NCBI GenBank assembly: GCA_019358915.1
Contig: JAHHIM010000036.1
Span: 1-64,000 of the forward strand
DNA length: 64,000 nt
From: Trichormus sp. ATA11-4-KO1
GTDB lineage: Bacteria > Cyanobacteriota > Cyanobacteriia > Cyanobacteriales > Nostocaceae
Direction of reading: 5' to 3'
The notes under the pieces were generated by a model that saw only the letters and a program-made list of their open reading frames with translations, did not search any database and had not been told where the DNA came from. Each line of letters begins with the position of its first letter. Position 1 is the stretch's first letter. Below, one piece after another: positions 32,241 through 40,938 of the stretch. A program made the position numbers and the translations under genes.

Positions 32241-32762
32241 ATGAAAGCAGATGAACTTCTGAAACAATATACCGCAGGTCTCAGAGACTTTACTGGTGTC
32301 AACTTGAGTGAAGTGGATTTAAGGGGAGCTGACCTCAGTGGAGCCATTTTAGATAGAGCCATATTAGATGGAGCTAAATTGAATCATGCTAATTTAGCCC
32401 AAACCAGTTTTGTTGACGCAGATTTGAACGGAGCTGATTTGAGTGATGCTAATCTGAGTAACAGCAACTTAACTGGCGCTATCTTGGATGCAGCTATTTT
32501 AGATGGGGCTATTTTAGATGGCGCTGATTTGAGTCAGGCTGATTTGACTATTGCCAAACTAATCGAAGCAAACTTAAGTGAGGCCGAATTACAAGAGGCG
32601 AATTTGCAAGCTGCAAATCTAGATAAAGCAGACTTGAGTGGAGCAGATTTAAGTATTGCTGACCTGACTCAGGCAAATCTCAGTGAAGCCGATTTGAACG
32701 AGGCAAATTTGCATGGAGCTAATCTGGAGGGAGCAGATGTAGGAGGCACAATTTTAGATTAG
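32241..32762 (+). CDS. Pentapeptide repeat protein
   Basis: MKADELLKQY..GLRDF leader followed by continuous A(D/N)Lxx repeats. Confidence 0.93.
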   Translation: MKADELLKQYTAGLRDFTGVNLSEVDLRGADLSGAILDRAILDGAKLNHANLAQTSFVDADLNGADLSDANLSNSNLTGAILDAAILDGAILDGADLSQADLTIAKLIEANLSEAELQEANLQAANLDKADLSGADLSIADLTQANLSEADLNEANLHGANLEGADVGGTILD

Positions 32763-32840
32763 TTAATCTTACGCTTAAACTAAACCTGATAAAAGTTAGG
32801 AGTTAAATTGAATTTATAACTCCTAATTTTTGTTTTTTCT

Positions 32841-34040
32841 ATGGATTCAAATTCAGCATTGTGTGCAACCATAGCCGAATACATTGCCACAAGTTCCCAA
32901 AGACGAATTACTTTTGCTGAATACATGGATATGGTCTTATATCATCCTGAACACGGCTACTATTCCAGTAATACGGTGAAAATTGGGTTTCAAGGCAGTG
33001 ATTTTTTTACCTCTCCCAATCTTGGCGCTGATTTTGGCGAATTACTAGCAGAACAATTTTTCCAGATGTGGGAAATTTTAGGGCGACCTGTACCCTTTTC
33101 TTTGGTGGAAATGGGAGCAGGTCAAGGATTATTGGCGTTGCACATCCTCAACTATCATCAACTGCACCATCCAGATTTATTTGCGGCGCTGGAATACTTG
33201 ATTGTGGAGAAGTCCCCAGCATTAAAGCAAGAACAACAGCAACGCTTGCGAGAATTTCCTGTACGTTGGTGCAATTTAGAAGAAATCCCAACTCATGCAA
33301 TTACTGGCTGCTTTTTTTCTAATGAGTTAGTTGATGCCTTGCCTGTACATCAGTTTATGTTAGAAGCGGGGGAACTGCGTGAAATTTATGTGACAACGCG
33401 GGGGGATGTGGGAACTGGGGGGAATTTCTCTGAGCCTGCTTCTGTTGCATTTGTGGAAGTTATCGGGGAACCTTCTACACCCCAACTAGCAAAATATTTT
33501 GATTTAGTGGGAATTGATTTGACTCAAAGTACTTATACAGATGGTTACCGCAGCGAAATAAATTTAGCGGCTTTTGACTGGTTGAGTATAGTAGCCGACC
33601 GCTTGCAGAGGGGGTATGTGTTAACTATTGATTATGGCTATCCCGCCAGCCGTTACTATAATCCCAGGCGATCGCCAGGAACGCTACAGTGCTACTATCA
33701 TCATCGTTACCACAACGACCCTTATATCAACATCGGCAAGCAAGATATTACAGCCCATGTTGATTTTACTGCCTTGGAACGATGGGGTGAGCGATGCGGG
33801 TTAAAGAAAGTTGGTTTTATCCAGCAGGGTTTATTTTTGATGGCGTTGGGTTTAGGCGAACGCATTGCGGCAATTTCTCAGCAAGAACTGCCCCTTTCGC
33901 AACTGCTGCGGCGGCGAGAAGCACTACATCAACTGATAGATCCTTCAGAACTGGGTGGCTTTGGGGTTTTAGTTCAAAGTAAAGGACTCCAGCAAACAGA
34001 AATGTCTCAACCGTTAAAAGGATTAACTGTGCCAGAATGA
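32841..34040 (+). CDS. SAM-dependent methyltransferase, MidA/NDUFAF7 family
   Basis: DFFTSP, VEMGAGQG, SNELVDALP, IDYG and QDITAHVDF motifs. Confidence 0.92.
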   Translation: MDSNSALCATIAEYIATSSQRRITFAEYMDMVLYHPEHGYYSSNTVKIGFQGSDFFTSPNLGADFGELLAEQFFQMWEILGRPVPFSLVEMGAGQGLLALHILNYHQLHHPDLFAALEYLIVEKSPALKQEQQQRLREFPVRWCNLEEIPTHAITGCFFSNELVDALPVHQFMLEAGELREIYVTTRGDVGTGGNFSEPASVAFVEVIGEPSTPQLAKYFDLVGIDLTQSTYTDGYRSEINLAAFDWLSIVADRLQRGYVLTIDYGYPASRYYNPRRSPGTLQCYYHHRYHNDPYINIGKQDITAHVDFTALERWGERCGLKKVGFIQQGLFLMALGLGERIAAISQQELPLSQLLRRREALHQLIDPSELGGFGVLVQSKGLQQTEMSQPLKGLTVPE

Positions 34041-34099
34041 AGAGTGCTGAGTTGAAAGTGCTGTTAGCGGTAGCGGGGCGTTTAGCCCGTGCTGAGTTA

Positions 34100-34297
34100 A
34101 CGTGAATTCGATGAACCTCACCCCAACCCCTCTCCGACACGGAGAGTGGCAAAAATCTCCCTAGTTTTGAACTAAAAATCGAGGTTTCAAAGCCTCTACG
34201 CCACTTGCTACAACGCGGGGAACCCGCGCAACGCAGTGGCTCCTCCTGGCAGGGGAGAGGTTTGGAGAGGGGTTTTTGATAGTTGTCGAACTCACGA
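34100..34297. mobile_element. MITE with 7-bp target-site duplication
   Basis: Termini ACGTGAATTCGA / TCGAACTCACGA, flanked by TGAGTTA at 34093-34099 and 34298-34304. A second copy is at 55525. Confidence 0.8.
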
Positions 34298-34506
34298 TGA
34301 GTTAAGAAACCATCCACAAGGAGCGGGGTACTTACCGAGTGCGAAAGTACTTTCTGTATTTTCTTCTTACTCAGTACTCAGGACTCAGCACTGAGTAAAG
34401 TAACAGTGAAAAGTTAAAACTCTATTTAAGAATGCTATCTCAAGCTCATATAGACTAGCATGACATTGACTACTGTGCAGATCAAGACAATAGGAAAATA
34501 ACAATT

Positions 34507-34602
34507 ATGACTGCTCATGAACTGTTATTATTAGTGACTCTACTTACCCCTGGTATCTTACTTTCAGTTTTGATTATGGCAACTTTTGCCGCAGGTGGCT
34601 GA
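34507..34602 (+). CDS. 31-aa single-TM microprotein MTAHELLLLVTLLTPGILLSVLIMATFAAGG
   Basis: AGGAAA upstream of the ATG, a fully hydrophobic helix, and an 11-bp stem-loop (34611-34643) right after the stop. Confidence 0.65.
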   Translation: MTAHELLLLVTLLTPGILLSVLIMATFAAGG

Positions 34603-34715
34603 TTGCTAGTCAGTGAACAGTTATCTCTAGACACTGTTCACTGAAATTACAAGTAACAAGAAAACGCAATATCTACGAAGGGCTACGCCTACGCTGTACC
34701 AAAGGAACGTAAACA

Positions 34716-35594
34716 ATGAAGGTGGCATTTCTGGGAACTGGACTCATGGGATTACCGATGGCTCAAAGGTTGTTAGCGGCCAATATAGAGCTAGTAGCCT
34801 ACAACCGCACCCCAGAAAAATTAGCCCCATTACAAGCAGCTGGTGCGGAAATTGTCACGCATCCCCGCCAAGCAATTCGTGCGGCTGAGTGCATTATTCT
34901 CATGCTTACCAACGCCGCAGCAATTTATCATGTTTTGCTTTCGGATACTTCTTGGAAAACTTTAGAAGGGCGTACTATTATCCAGATGGGGACAATTACC
35001 CCCACCGAAAGCCAAGAAATTAGAGATGCAGTCGTTGGCGGTGGTGGTGAATATATAGAAGCACCCGTATTAGGTAGTATTCCCGAAGCAAAAGCTGGCA
35101 AGCTGATTGTCATGGTAGGTGCTGAACCAGAACAATATCAACGCCACTTAAAATTACTGCAACATTTTGGTGCAGAACCTTTACTTGTGGGGCCGGTAGG
35201 CGCTGCGGCTGGCTTGAAGTTGGCGCTGAATCAACTAATTGCTTCCTTGACAACTAGCTTTGCTCTCAGTCTTGCTTTTATTGAGCGTCAAGGTATCGAT
35301 GTGGATTTGTTTATGCAAATCTTACGCGACAGTTCACTTTATGCGCCTACCTTTGATAAAAAGCTGCGCCGGATGTTAGACGGCAATTATAGCAATCCCA
35401 ATTTCCCGACAAAACACTTGCTCAAAGATACAGATTTGTTCATTACTGAGGCCAAATCACTGGGTTTGGATCTCACTAGTATTGAAGCTGTGCGGCATAT
35501 TTTGGTAACAGCAATGAAAATGTCATTTGCTAATGATGACTATTCGTCAATATTTTCTGCCATTAATGAATGGGGAGAAGCAAGCGGGGAATGA
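34716..35594 (+). CDS. NAD(P)-dependent oxidoreductase, 3-hydroxyisobutyrate dehydrogenase / glyoxylate-succinic semialdehyde reductase family
   Basis: GTGLMG Rossmann motif, EAPVLGS, KLALN and KHLLKD motifs. Confidence 0.92.
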   Translation: MKVAFLGTGLMGLPMAQRLLAANIELVAYNRTPEKLAPLQAAGAEIVTHPRQAIRAAECIILMLTNAAAIYHVLLSDTSWKTLEGRTIIQMGTITPTESQEIRDAVVGGGGEYIEAPVLGSIPEAKAGKLIVMVGAEPEQYQRHLKLLQHFGAEPLLVGPVGAAAGLKLALNQLIASLTTSFALSLAFIERQGIDVDLFMQILRDSSLYAPTFDKKLRRMLDGNYSNPNFPTKHLLKDTDLFITEAKSLGLDLTSIEAVRHILVTAMKMSFANDDYSSIFSAINEWGEASGE

Positions 35595-35645
35595 GGAGTA
35601 GGGAGTTGTGTATTAAGGATCTAATAATCAAAGCTCAAATTGAGT

Positions 35646-35954
35646 CTAATATTGACCTTCTCTTCTCATTTTGTCGAGTTGCTTCATAATTCTCTGGTCT
35701 TCCAGCTTAAGCTCTTCTTCCGTTCTTCTTTCTGGAGCATGTCTAGTTTCCTTCTCTTGCTTTATTTCCTTCTCGATTTCTTCTCTTTCTTGCGGTGTTT
35801 TTTTCGCTAGCTCTCTTGCTTGATCTTCATTTCGTTTTTGCTGAGCTTTTCTATCACGCTCTTCAATTGCTTGCCATATTTCACCAGCTAACTTAATAGG
35901 CTTTACTTCGGAAGCTCTATTTTCTTTTGGATCTTTGTCTGGGTTTTGTGTCAT
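35646..35954 (-). CDS. Hypothetical highly charged protein
   Basis: 102-aa ORF rich in E/K/R/Q; no recognised family. Confidence 0.5.
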   Translation of the reverse strand: MTQNPDKDPKENRASEVKPIKLAGEIWQAIEERDRKAQQKRNEDQARELAKKTPQEREEIEKEIKQEKETRHAPERRTEEELKLEDQRIMKQLDKMRREGQY

Positions 35955-36209
35955 CAGTTTAGTCTCGCTAATTCCAGATTTGTTTGCATTTGTAAAGCCA
36001 GCGAAAAATACAACGATAGATGAAGCAATGGATATTAAAAAGTTGGCATAAATCTAATTGTCTTATATGGTCTTGTATCAAAAACTAGCCCCAAAATTCG
36101 CTTATATTTCTTTTGTAACAGTTCCAGGTGCGGAATGTGGGCTAAAAGCGTTCCCACAAAAAACCCCCCATTATGGGAGGTTTAAATTTAGCGGAGACAA
36201 CTTGTTAAC

Positions 36210-39200
36210 CTACACCAGAACTACAGCCAGCGCTCCTCCTAATGCTGAGAAAACGGCTGAGACGAAGGCTGTGGCAAATAACCACCAAGAAGCTGTGGCT
36301 GCGGCTTTACGGGTTTCTTCGGCTTGCCGTTGTGCTTGATGCTTCACCTCTTCTAGGCGGCGTTGCGCTTCATGTTGTAGGCGTTCGGCACGTTGTAAGA
36401 CTGTGTTGCGTGCCCGTTCAATTTGGTCAATAATCCGGTTAGCGTCTGCTTCAGAAATATCCTCACGGGAACTCATAATCGCCACTAGGGTATCACGGTT
36501 AAATGAAGACAGGCGATCGCGTAAGGACTCAAATCCAGCCTGTGGGTCTTCAAATAATTGGCGCAGATCATGTTTAACGCCTTCATAGTTGAGTTCTGGG
36601 CGCTCTAAGGAATTGAGATAGTCGCGAATTCGGGCAAAAATCCCATCAATGACATCTTGAATCCGCCGTTGAATACCTCGTACCTGTTCCACAAATTGAT
36701 CTCGGACTGAGACAATGTTATCGGCAATTCTGGCTGCTTCTTCATCGGTGATATCTTCGCGAATTTTCAGCAAAGCAATAATTGTGGAACGGTCAAAATG
36801 AGCTAGGCGATCGCTAAAACTTTCTACGCCTACTCGCGGATCATGCAACAATAATTGTAAGTCGCGTTTGATACCTTCAGGGTTGAGTTCTTCTTTGCCA
36901 GTTTGCCGTAGATACTCTTGCAGATAAGCTTGGAATGTTTCCATTCTTTGCTGTGTCCGGGTAGCTAGGCGACGAGGCGCACGGACAATATTGCGAATCG
37001 AAGTTTGCACGGAATCAATGATTTCATTGACTTGCTGCTCACTCAAGTCTTGACGTTGACTCAGCAATTTCACTAAGGTATCTCGGTCTACCTGCGATAG
37101 GCGATGGCGTAACGCTACAACTCCTGCTCTGGGATGTTCAAATAATCTGGTCAAATCCCGTTGAATACCTTCAGGATTCAATTCTTCTTTGCCGGTATTC
37201 CGCAAGTAATCTGCGATCGTTGCAGTCACAGAATCGTATTGCTCCTTAGCTCTTTCTGCTAAAGCTTGGGGTGCATGGCGGACGCTACGCCAGGAGTCTT
37301 CCACAGCATGAATGATTTGATTTACTTGCTCTTGGCTCAAGTCTTGCCGTTGACTCAATAACTGTACCAAAGTATCGCGATCAAAGCGAGCTAATCGCGC
37401 CTGAATGGCTGTCATTCCTGCTTGGGGGTCTTCCAGCAACCTTTTGAGGTCAGCGCGGATAGCCTCAGGGTTTAACTCGGCTTTCCCAGTGTTACGCAGA
37501 TATGATTCTACATTCAGCCACAGGGTTTCTGCTTGATATTTAGCTTGTTCTGCTAGTCCTTTGGATTCTACCAAGACGCGATCGCGCTGTTTTTCCAATT
37601 CGTTGAGAATCGGCTCTACTTCTTCTGCTTGAATATCATTGCGTTCTAGTAGTATTTCCCGCATTTCCTGGTGGTCAAATTGCGCTAGTCGCCGCGATAA
37701 AGTCTCATAATCCGCTTCAGGATCTGCCAACAGAGGTTTAAAGTTCTGTTCAATGCCTTCTGGAGTCAAATCTGCTTTATTGGTAACAAGTAAATAACTG
37801 GCGACTCGACGTTGCAAGTCTTGTACTATCTCTCTTTCTTCGGCGGCGGTAACTGTTAATAAAACCTCTTGACGGACAGTTTCTAGCTGGTCGGTAATCC
37901 CCTGAATTTGTTCTTGGGTGAGCAGTCCCCTTTGCTGTAGGATATTGGCGAAATCGTTGCGAGAAAGTTTCTCTAGTTCTCTGCGGACTATACCAGGGTC
38001 TGCGGCTGGGTCATAGATGACATCGCGGAATTCCTGAGAGATTCTTTCTGGACTCAGTTGCCAAGCGTAGGTGTTGAGTAAGTAGTTTTCGATATCAGCC
38101 CGAATTGGGCTATAAGGTTGTGTTGATATGGGTAATCCTAGCTTATCAGCTTGTTCAGTGGCTTTCTCTTTGGCGGTAGTTAGCGATCGCCAAATTTTTT
38201 CTACATCTAAATCTGATAAATCTGTCCTTCCCATCACCAGACCAATCAGCGTTAATATGCCCTGTTGTAATGTCTGTTGCATTAAACCGGGTTGTTCTCC
38301 TGTTGGTGCGGCTGCTTTGGCGGTACGCGTTTCTGCTATTAATCGATCCAGCTTGGCGTTGAGTTCATCAGTTTTGGCTTGTCCTGGTGGGAGTGACTTG
38401 AGATAGTCTATTAACTCACCTAGGCGGTTTTGGGTGGGTTGTTGCTGACTGACTACCTGCTGCCAAACGTTGTATAGTGTATCGGCTATCCGGTTGATGT
38501 CACGTTTGGAAAGGTCGGTGCGACTGCTGACTAAATCAACAAATTTCTGGCGATCAATGTGGCGGAGGTCTGAACTACCAGCAATAGCTTGAAATTGTGG
38601 GTCTTTGAGTAAATTTTCCAAATCACTGCGAATCTGGGAAAAATCTAATTCTGGCGGACGTAATTTTTCGATGTAATCTTCTACGTTCTCCCGGATACTA
38701 GTGGGGTCAATAGCACTGCCTAATTCCCGACGCACAGCCGAGGCTGCGGCTTCAGCAGTTGCTACTACTTGCTGATTGACAGCTTTGGCTCCCAAGGCGG
38801 CTGTAGCCGTCCCCATAATCGCCTGAAAGCCGGAAGTGGCTGAATTGACCACCGAGCCAACTAAGGAACCCACGGTAGTCGAACTCACCCACACCAGTAA
38901 CAAAAAGTATGCACCCCAAATTACTAACCCCAGAATTGCTCCCAGTCTGGGATCTAAGACTAACAGACTCAATTTGACTGCGAGGAAGCAAGCGATCAAT
39001 AAGGCGATCGTCACAGTAATTAATGTCCAAATCCCCAGCGCTGTACCAATTTTGCGAATCGTACCACCCAAACTTCCCACTTCTCCAACACCAGCATCCG
39101 AGTCGGATGAACGTCCCAAGTAGGAAATACCAGCTGCAACGGAGAGGTTCGTTAATACTAATTGGAATGCAAAAGCTAGGATCACACCGGAGATTAAAGC

Positions 39201-39392
39201 TACAAAAAAGCGCGGCCCAGAATTGAGAACTGATGCTTGCGCTGGCGTAATACCTGTGGGAACTACTGGAGTCTGTGCTACCCACAACAGTGGTTTATAG
39301 ACTTCCAATATGTTTTCCGGACTCTGAAACAACATTATATTTCCTTCTTCTAAGTTTAAATTTGGGGGGATTAAGAATTTCATGAGAAGCAA
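36210..39392 (-). CDS. Large membrane-anchored helical-repeat protein (apolipoprotein-like repeats)
   Basis: N-terminal TM helices, about seven ~100-aa repeats (YLRxTGKxELNPEGIxxDL..DP) and a C-terminal TM segment. Confidence 0.8.
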   Translation of the reverse strand: MLLMKFLIPPNLNLEEGNIMLFQSPENILEVYKPLLWVAQTPVVPTGITPAQASVLNSGPRFFVALISGVILAFAFQLVLTNLSVAAGISYLGRSSDSDAGVGEVGSLGGTIRKIGTALGIWTLITVTIALLIACFLAVKLSLLVLDPRLGAILGLVIWGAYFLLLVWVSSTTVGSLVGSVVNSATSGFQAIMGTATAALGAKAVNQQVVATAEAAASAVRRELGSAIDPTSIRENVEDYIEKLRPPELDFSQIRSDLENLLKDPQFQAIAGSSDLRHIDRQKFVDLVSSRTDLSKRDINRIADTLYNVWQQVVSQQQPTQNRLGELIDYLKSLPPGQAKTDELNAKLDRLIAETRTAKAAAPTGEQPGLMQQTLQQGILTLIGLVMGRTDLSDLDVEKIWRSLTTAKEKATEQADKLGLPISTQPYSPIRADIENYLLNTYAWQLSPERISQEFRDVIYDPAADPGIVRRELEKLSRNDFANILQQRGLLTQEQIQGITDQLETVRQEVLLTVTAAEEREIVQDLQRRVASYLLVTNKADLTPEGIEQNFKPLLADPEADYETLSRRLAQFDHQEMREILLERNDIQAEEVEPILNELEKQRDRVLVESKGLAEQAKYQAETLWLNVESYLRNTGKAELNPEAIRADLKRLLEDPQAGMTAIQARLARFDRDTLVQLLSQRQDLSQEQVNQIIHAVEDSWRSVRHAPQALAERAKEQYDSVTATIADYLRNTGKEELNPEGIQRDLTRLFEHPRAGVVALRHRLSQVDRDTLVKLLSQRQDLSEQQVNEIIDSVQTSIRNIVRAPRRLATRTQQRMETFQAYLQEYLRQTGKEELNPEGIKRDLQLLLHDPRVGVESFSDRLAHFDRSTIIALLKIREDITDEEAARIADNIVSVRDQFVEQVRGIQRRIQDVIDGIFARIRDYLNSLERPELNYEGVKHDLRQLFEDPQAGFESLRDRLSSFNRDTLVAIMSSREDISEADANRIIDQIERARNTVLQRAERLQHEAQRRLEEVKHQAQRQAEETRKAAATASWWLFATAFVSAVFSALGGALAVVLV

Positions 39393-39661
39393 TCAAACTT
39401 GTATCTATGGCAATACCCAACTCTTGTAGCTTTCAGAATCCTGGAATTTAGCTGTTTAATGCATCTCTCTAAGGTTTGAAAAACATATCTAGCGCTAGAT
39501 AGAAGTTTGAATATCTAACAGGTCAATTCAGCTTAAAATTGTATTCCTTTTGAAGTGAAAAGCTGATTAATTCAAGCGGAAAAGTTCTATTTTTTAATCA
39601 CTGAATCACAGCAAATTGATTTGCTTAAATTATAGATTTATCATCTCTTGTGTAACAGTGG

Positions 39662-39679
39662 TTTACATTTATTTACAAT
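39662..39679 (+). promoter_or_regulatory. HLR1 (RpaB-binding) element upstream of the hli genes
   Basis: TTTACATT-TA-TTTACAAT matches (G/T)TTACA(T/A)(T/A)-N2-(G/T)TTACA(T/A)(T/A). Confidence 0.7.
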
Positions 39680-39839
39680 TATGATTTTCATCACCTCCTC
39701 AAGGTGGATTTGTCAGTACTCATACCTTTTTGATAATCGTCCACAAGAAGTGCTTGTAGTTTGTACCTACAGGCAGAAAGCAGCTCACTGATAAATAGGT
39801 AAATTAAAGTTAACTAATAAATTGTTCAGGACAGAAAAA

Positions 39840-40043
39840 ATGGAAACTCGCTCTTCAACTGATTTACCACCAGTAGCAGTAGAGTATAACGGCAGAGATC
39901 GGAATGCATTTTTGTTTGGCTGGACTCCCCAAGCAGAACTCTGGAACGGTCGGTTTGCAATGATTGGTTTTCTTGCCTATTTATTGTGGGATTTAGCCGG
40001 ATATAGTGTCCTTCGAGACGTGCTACATCTAATTGGCTACTAA
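39840..40043 (+). CDS. hli: High-light-inducible protein (HLIP/CAB-ELIP family)
   Basis: FGWTPQAELWNGRFAMIGF chlorophyll-binding motif. Confidence 0.92.
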   Translation: METRSSTDLPPVAVEYNGRDRNAFLFGWTPQAELWNGRFAMIGFLAYLLWDLAGYSVLRDVLHLIGY

Positions 40044-40084
40044 AGATTAAACACTCAACAATTAGTTTGAATTTGGAGAAAAAA

Positions 40085-40297
40085 ATGGAAACTAGAGAAA
40101 CTCGTCCTTCCACTGATTTACCACCTGTTGCCAAAGCTTATAATGGTGTAGATCGTAACGCTTTTATCTTTGGCTGGAATCCTCAAGCCGAGTTGTGGAA
40201 TGGTCGTTTGGCAATGATTGGCTTTCTTGCCTACTTACTTTGGGATTTAGCAGGATACAGTGTCCTGCGTGACATACTCCACTTCGTTAGATATTAG
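40085..40297 (+). CDS. hli: High-light-inducible protein, tandem paralogue
   Basis: FGWNPQAELWNGRLAMIGF; GGAG RBS. Confidence 0.92.
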   Translation: METRETRPSTDLPPVAKAYNGVDRNAFIFGWNPQAELWNGRLAMIGFLAYLLWDLAGYSVLRDILHFVRY

Positions 40298-40938
40298 CCA
40301 TGAATGAGGAGTTAAAAACAAGCAGATCATTCATGGAAATAATTCAAAATTGAAAATTCTTAACTCCTCCAAAATACTGGTCTTGGCAGGCGGAACCAAA
40401 ATTGGGAACCGCCTTTTGCATTTGGTAGATAACCAATCGTACCTCCCCAACGTTCAACTGTAATTCGGCAAAAATAAAGTCTCAATCCAGATATCCCTGA
40501 TTTGTATTTGCCTTGCGAAAACTTTTGAAATAAAGTCTAAAATCATACCAGTCCCTGGCGACTGGAAAAGGAAATCAATGTGTATTATTTTTTTTAAAGT
40601 TAAATAAACTGATATTAATAACTTTACCAAAAAATAAGATAAAAAGAGAGACAGTATTCAAGCATATCTTATTTTATCCAAATTGGCTATGCTATGGTTT
40701 AGCATCTTGATACAGGAAATTTACTGAAATATAAAATTTAATAGTATATAAATTTTACAATACAAGATTATTACTTGAGCAACGCACTCTCATAGAATCA
40801 TGTAATTTATCACTCACCGATGTATCTCCTAAAACGAAGTAAAAAAAGTATCATAAAACCCTCGTAATTTCTTAGATAAAAAACAAGCGAATGCGTGGTA
40901 AGTTTTAAATCCATCGTGTTCCATTCAAGGGTCGCCCC

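Noticed and set aside
33817..34317. 166-aa minus-strand ORF
   Set aside because: It is composed of MITE/repeat sequence plus antisense of the methyltransferase gene.
40400..40930. Iterons or DnaA boxes upstream of the CyRepA1-like gene
   Set aside because: AT-rich, but no clear repeated iteron or perfect TTATCCACA was seen.
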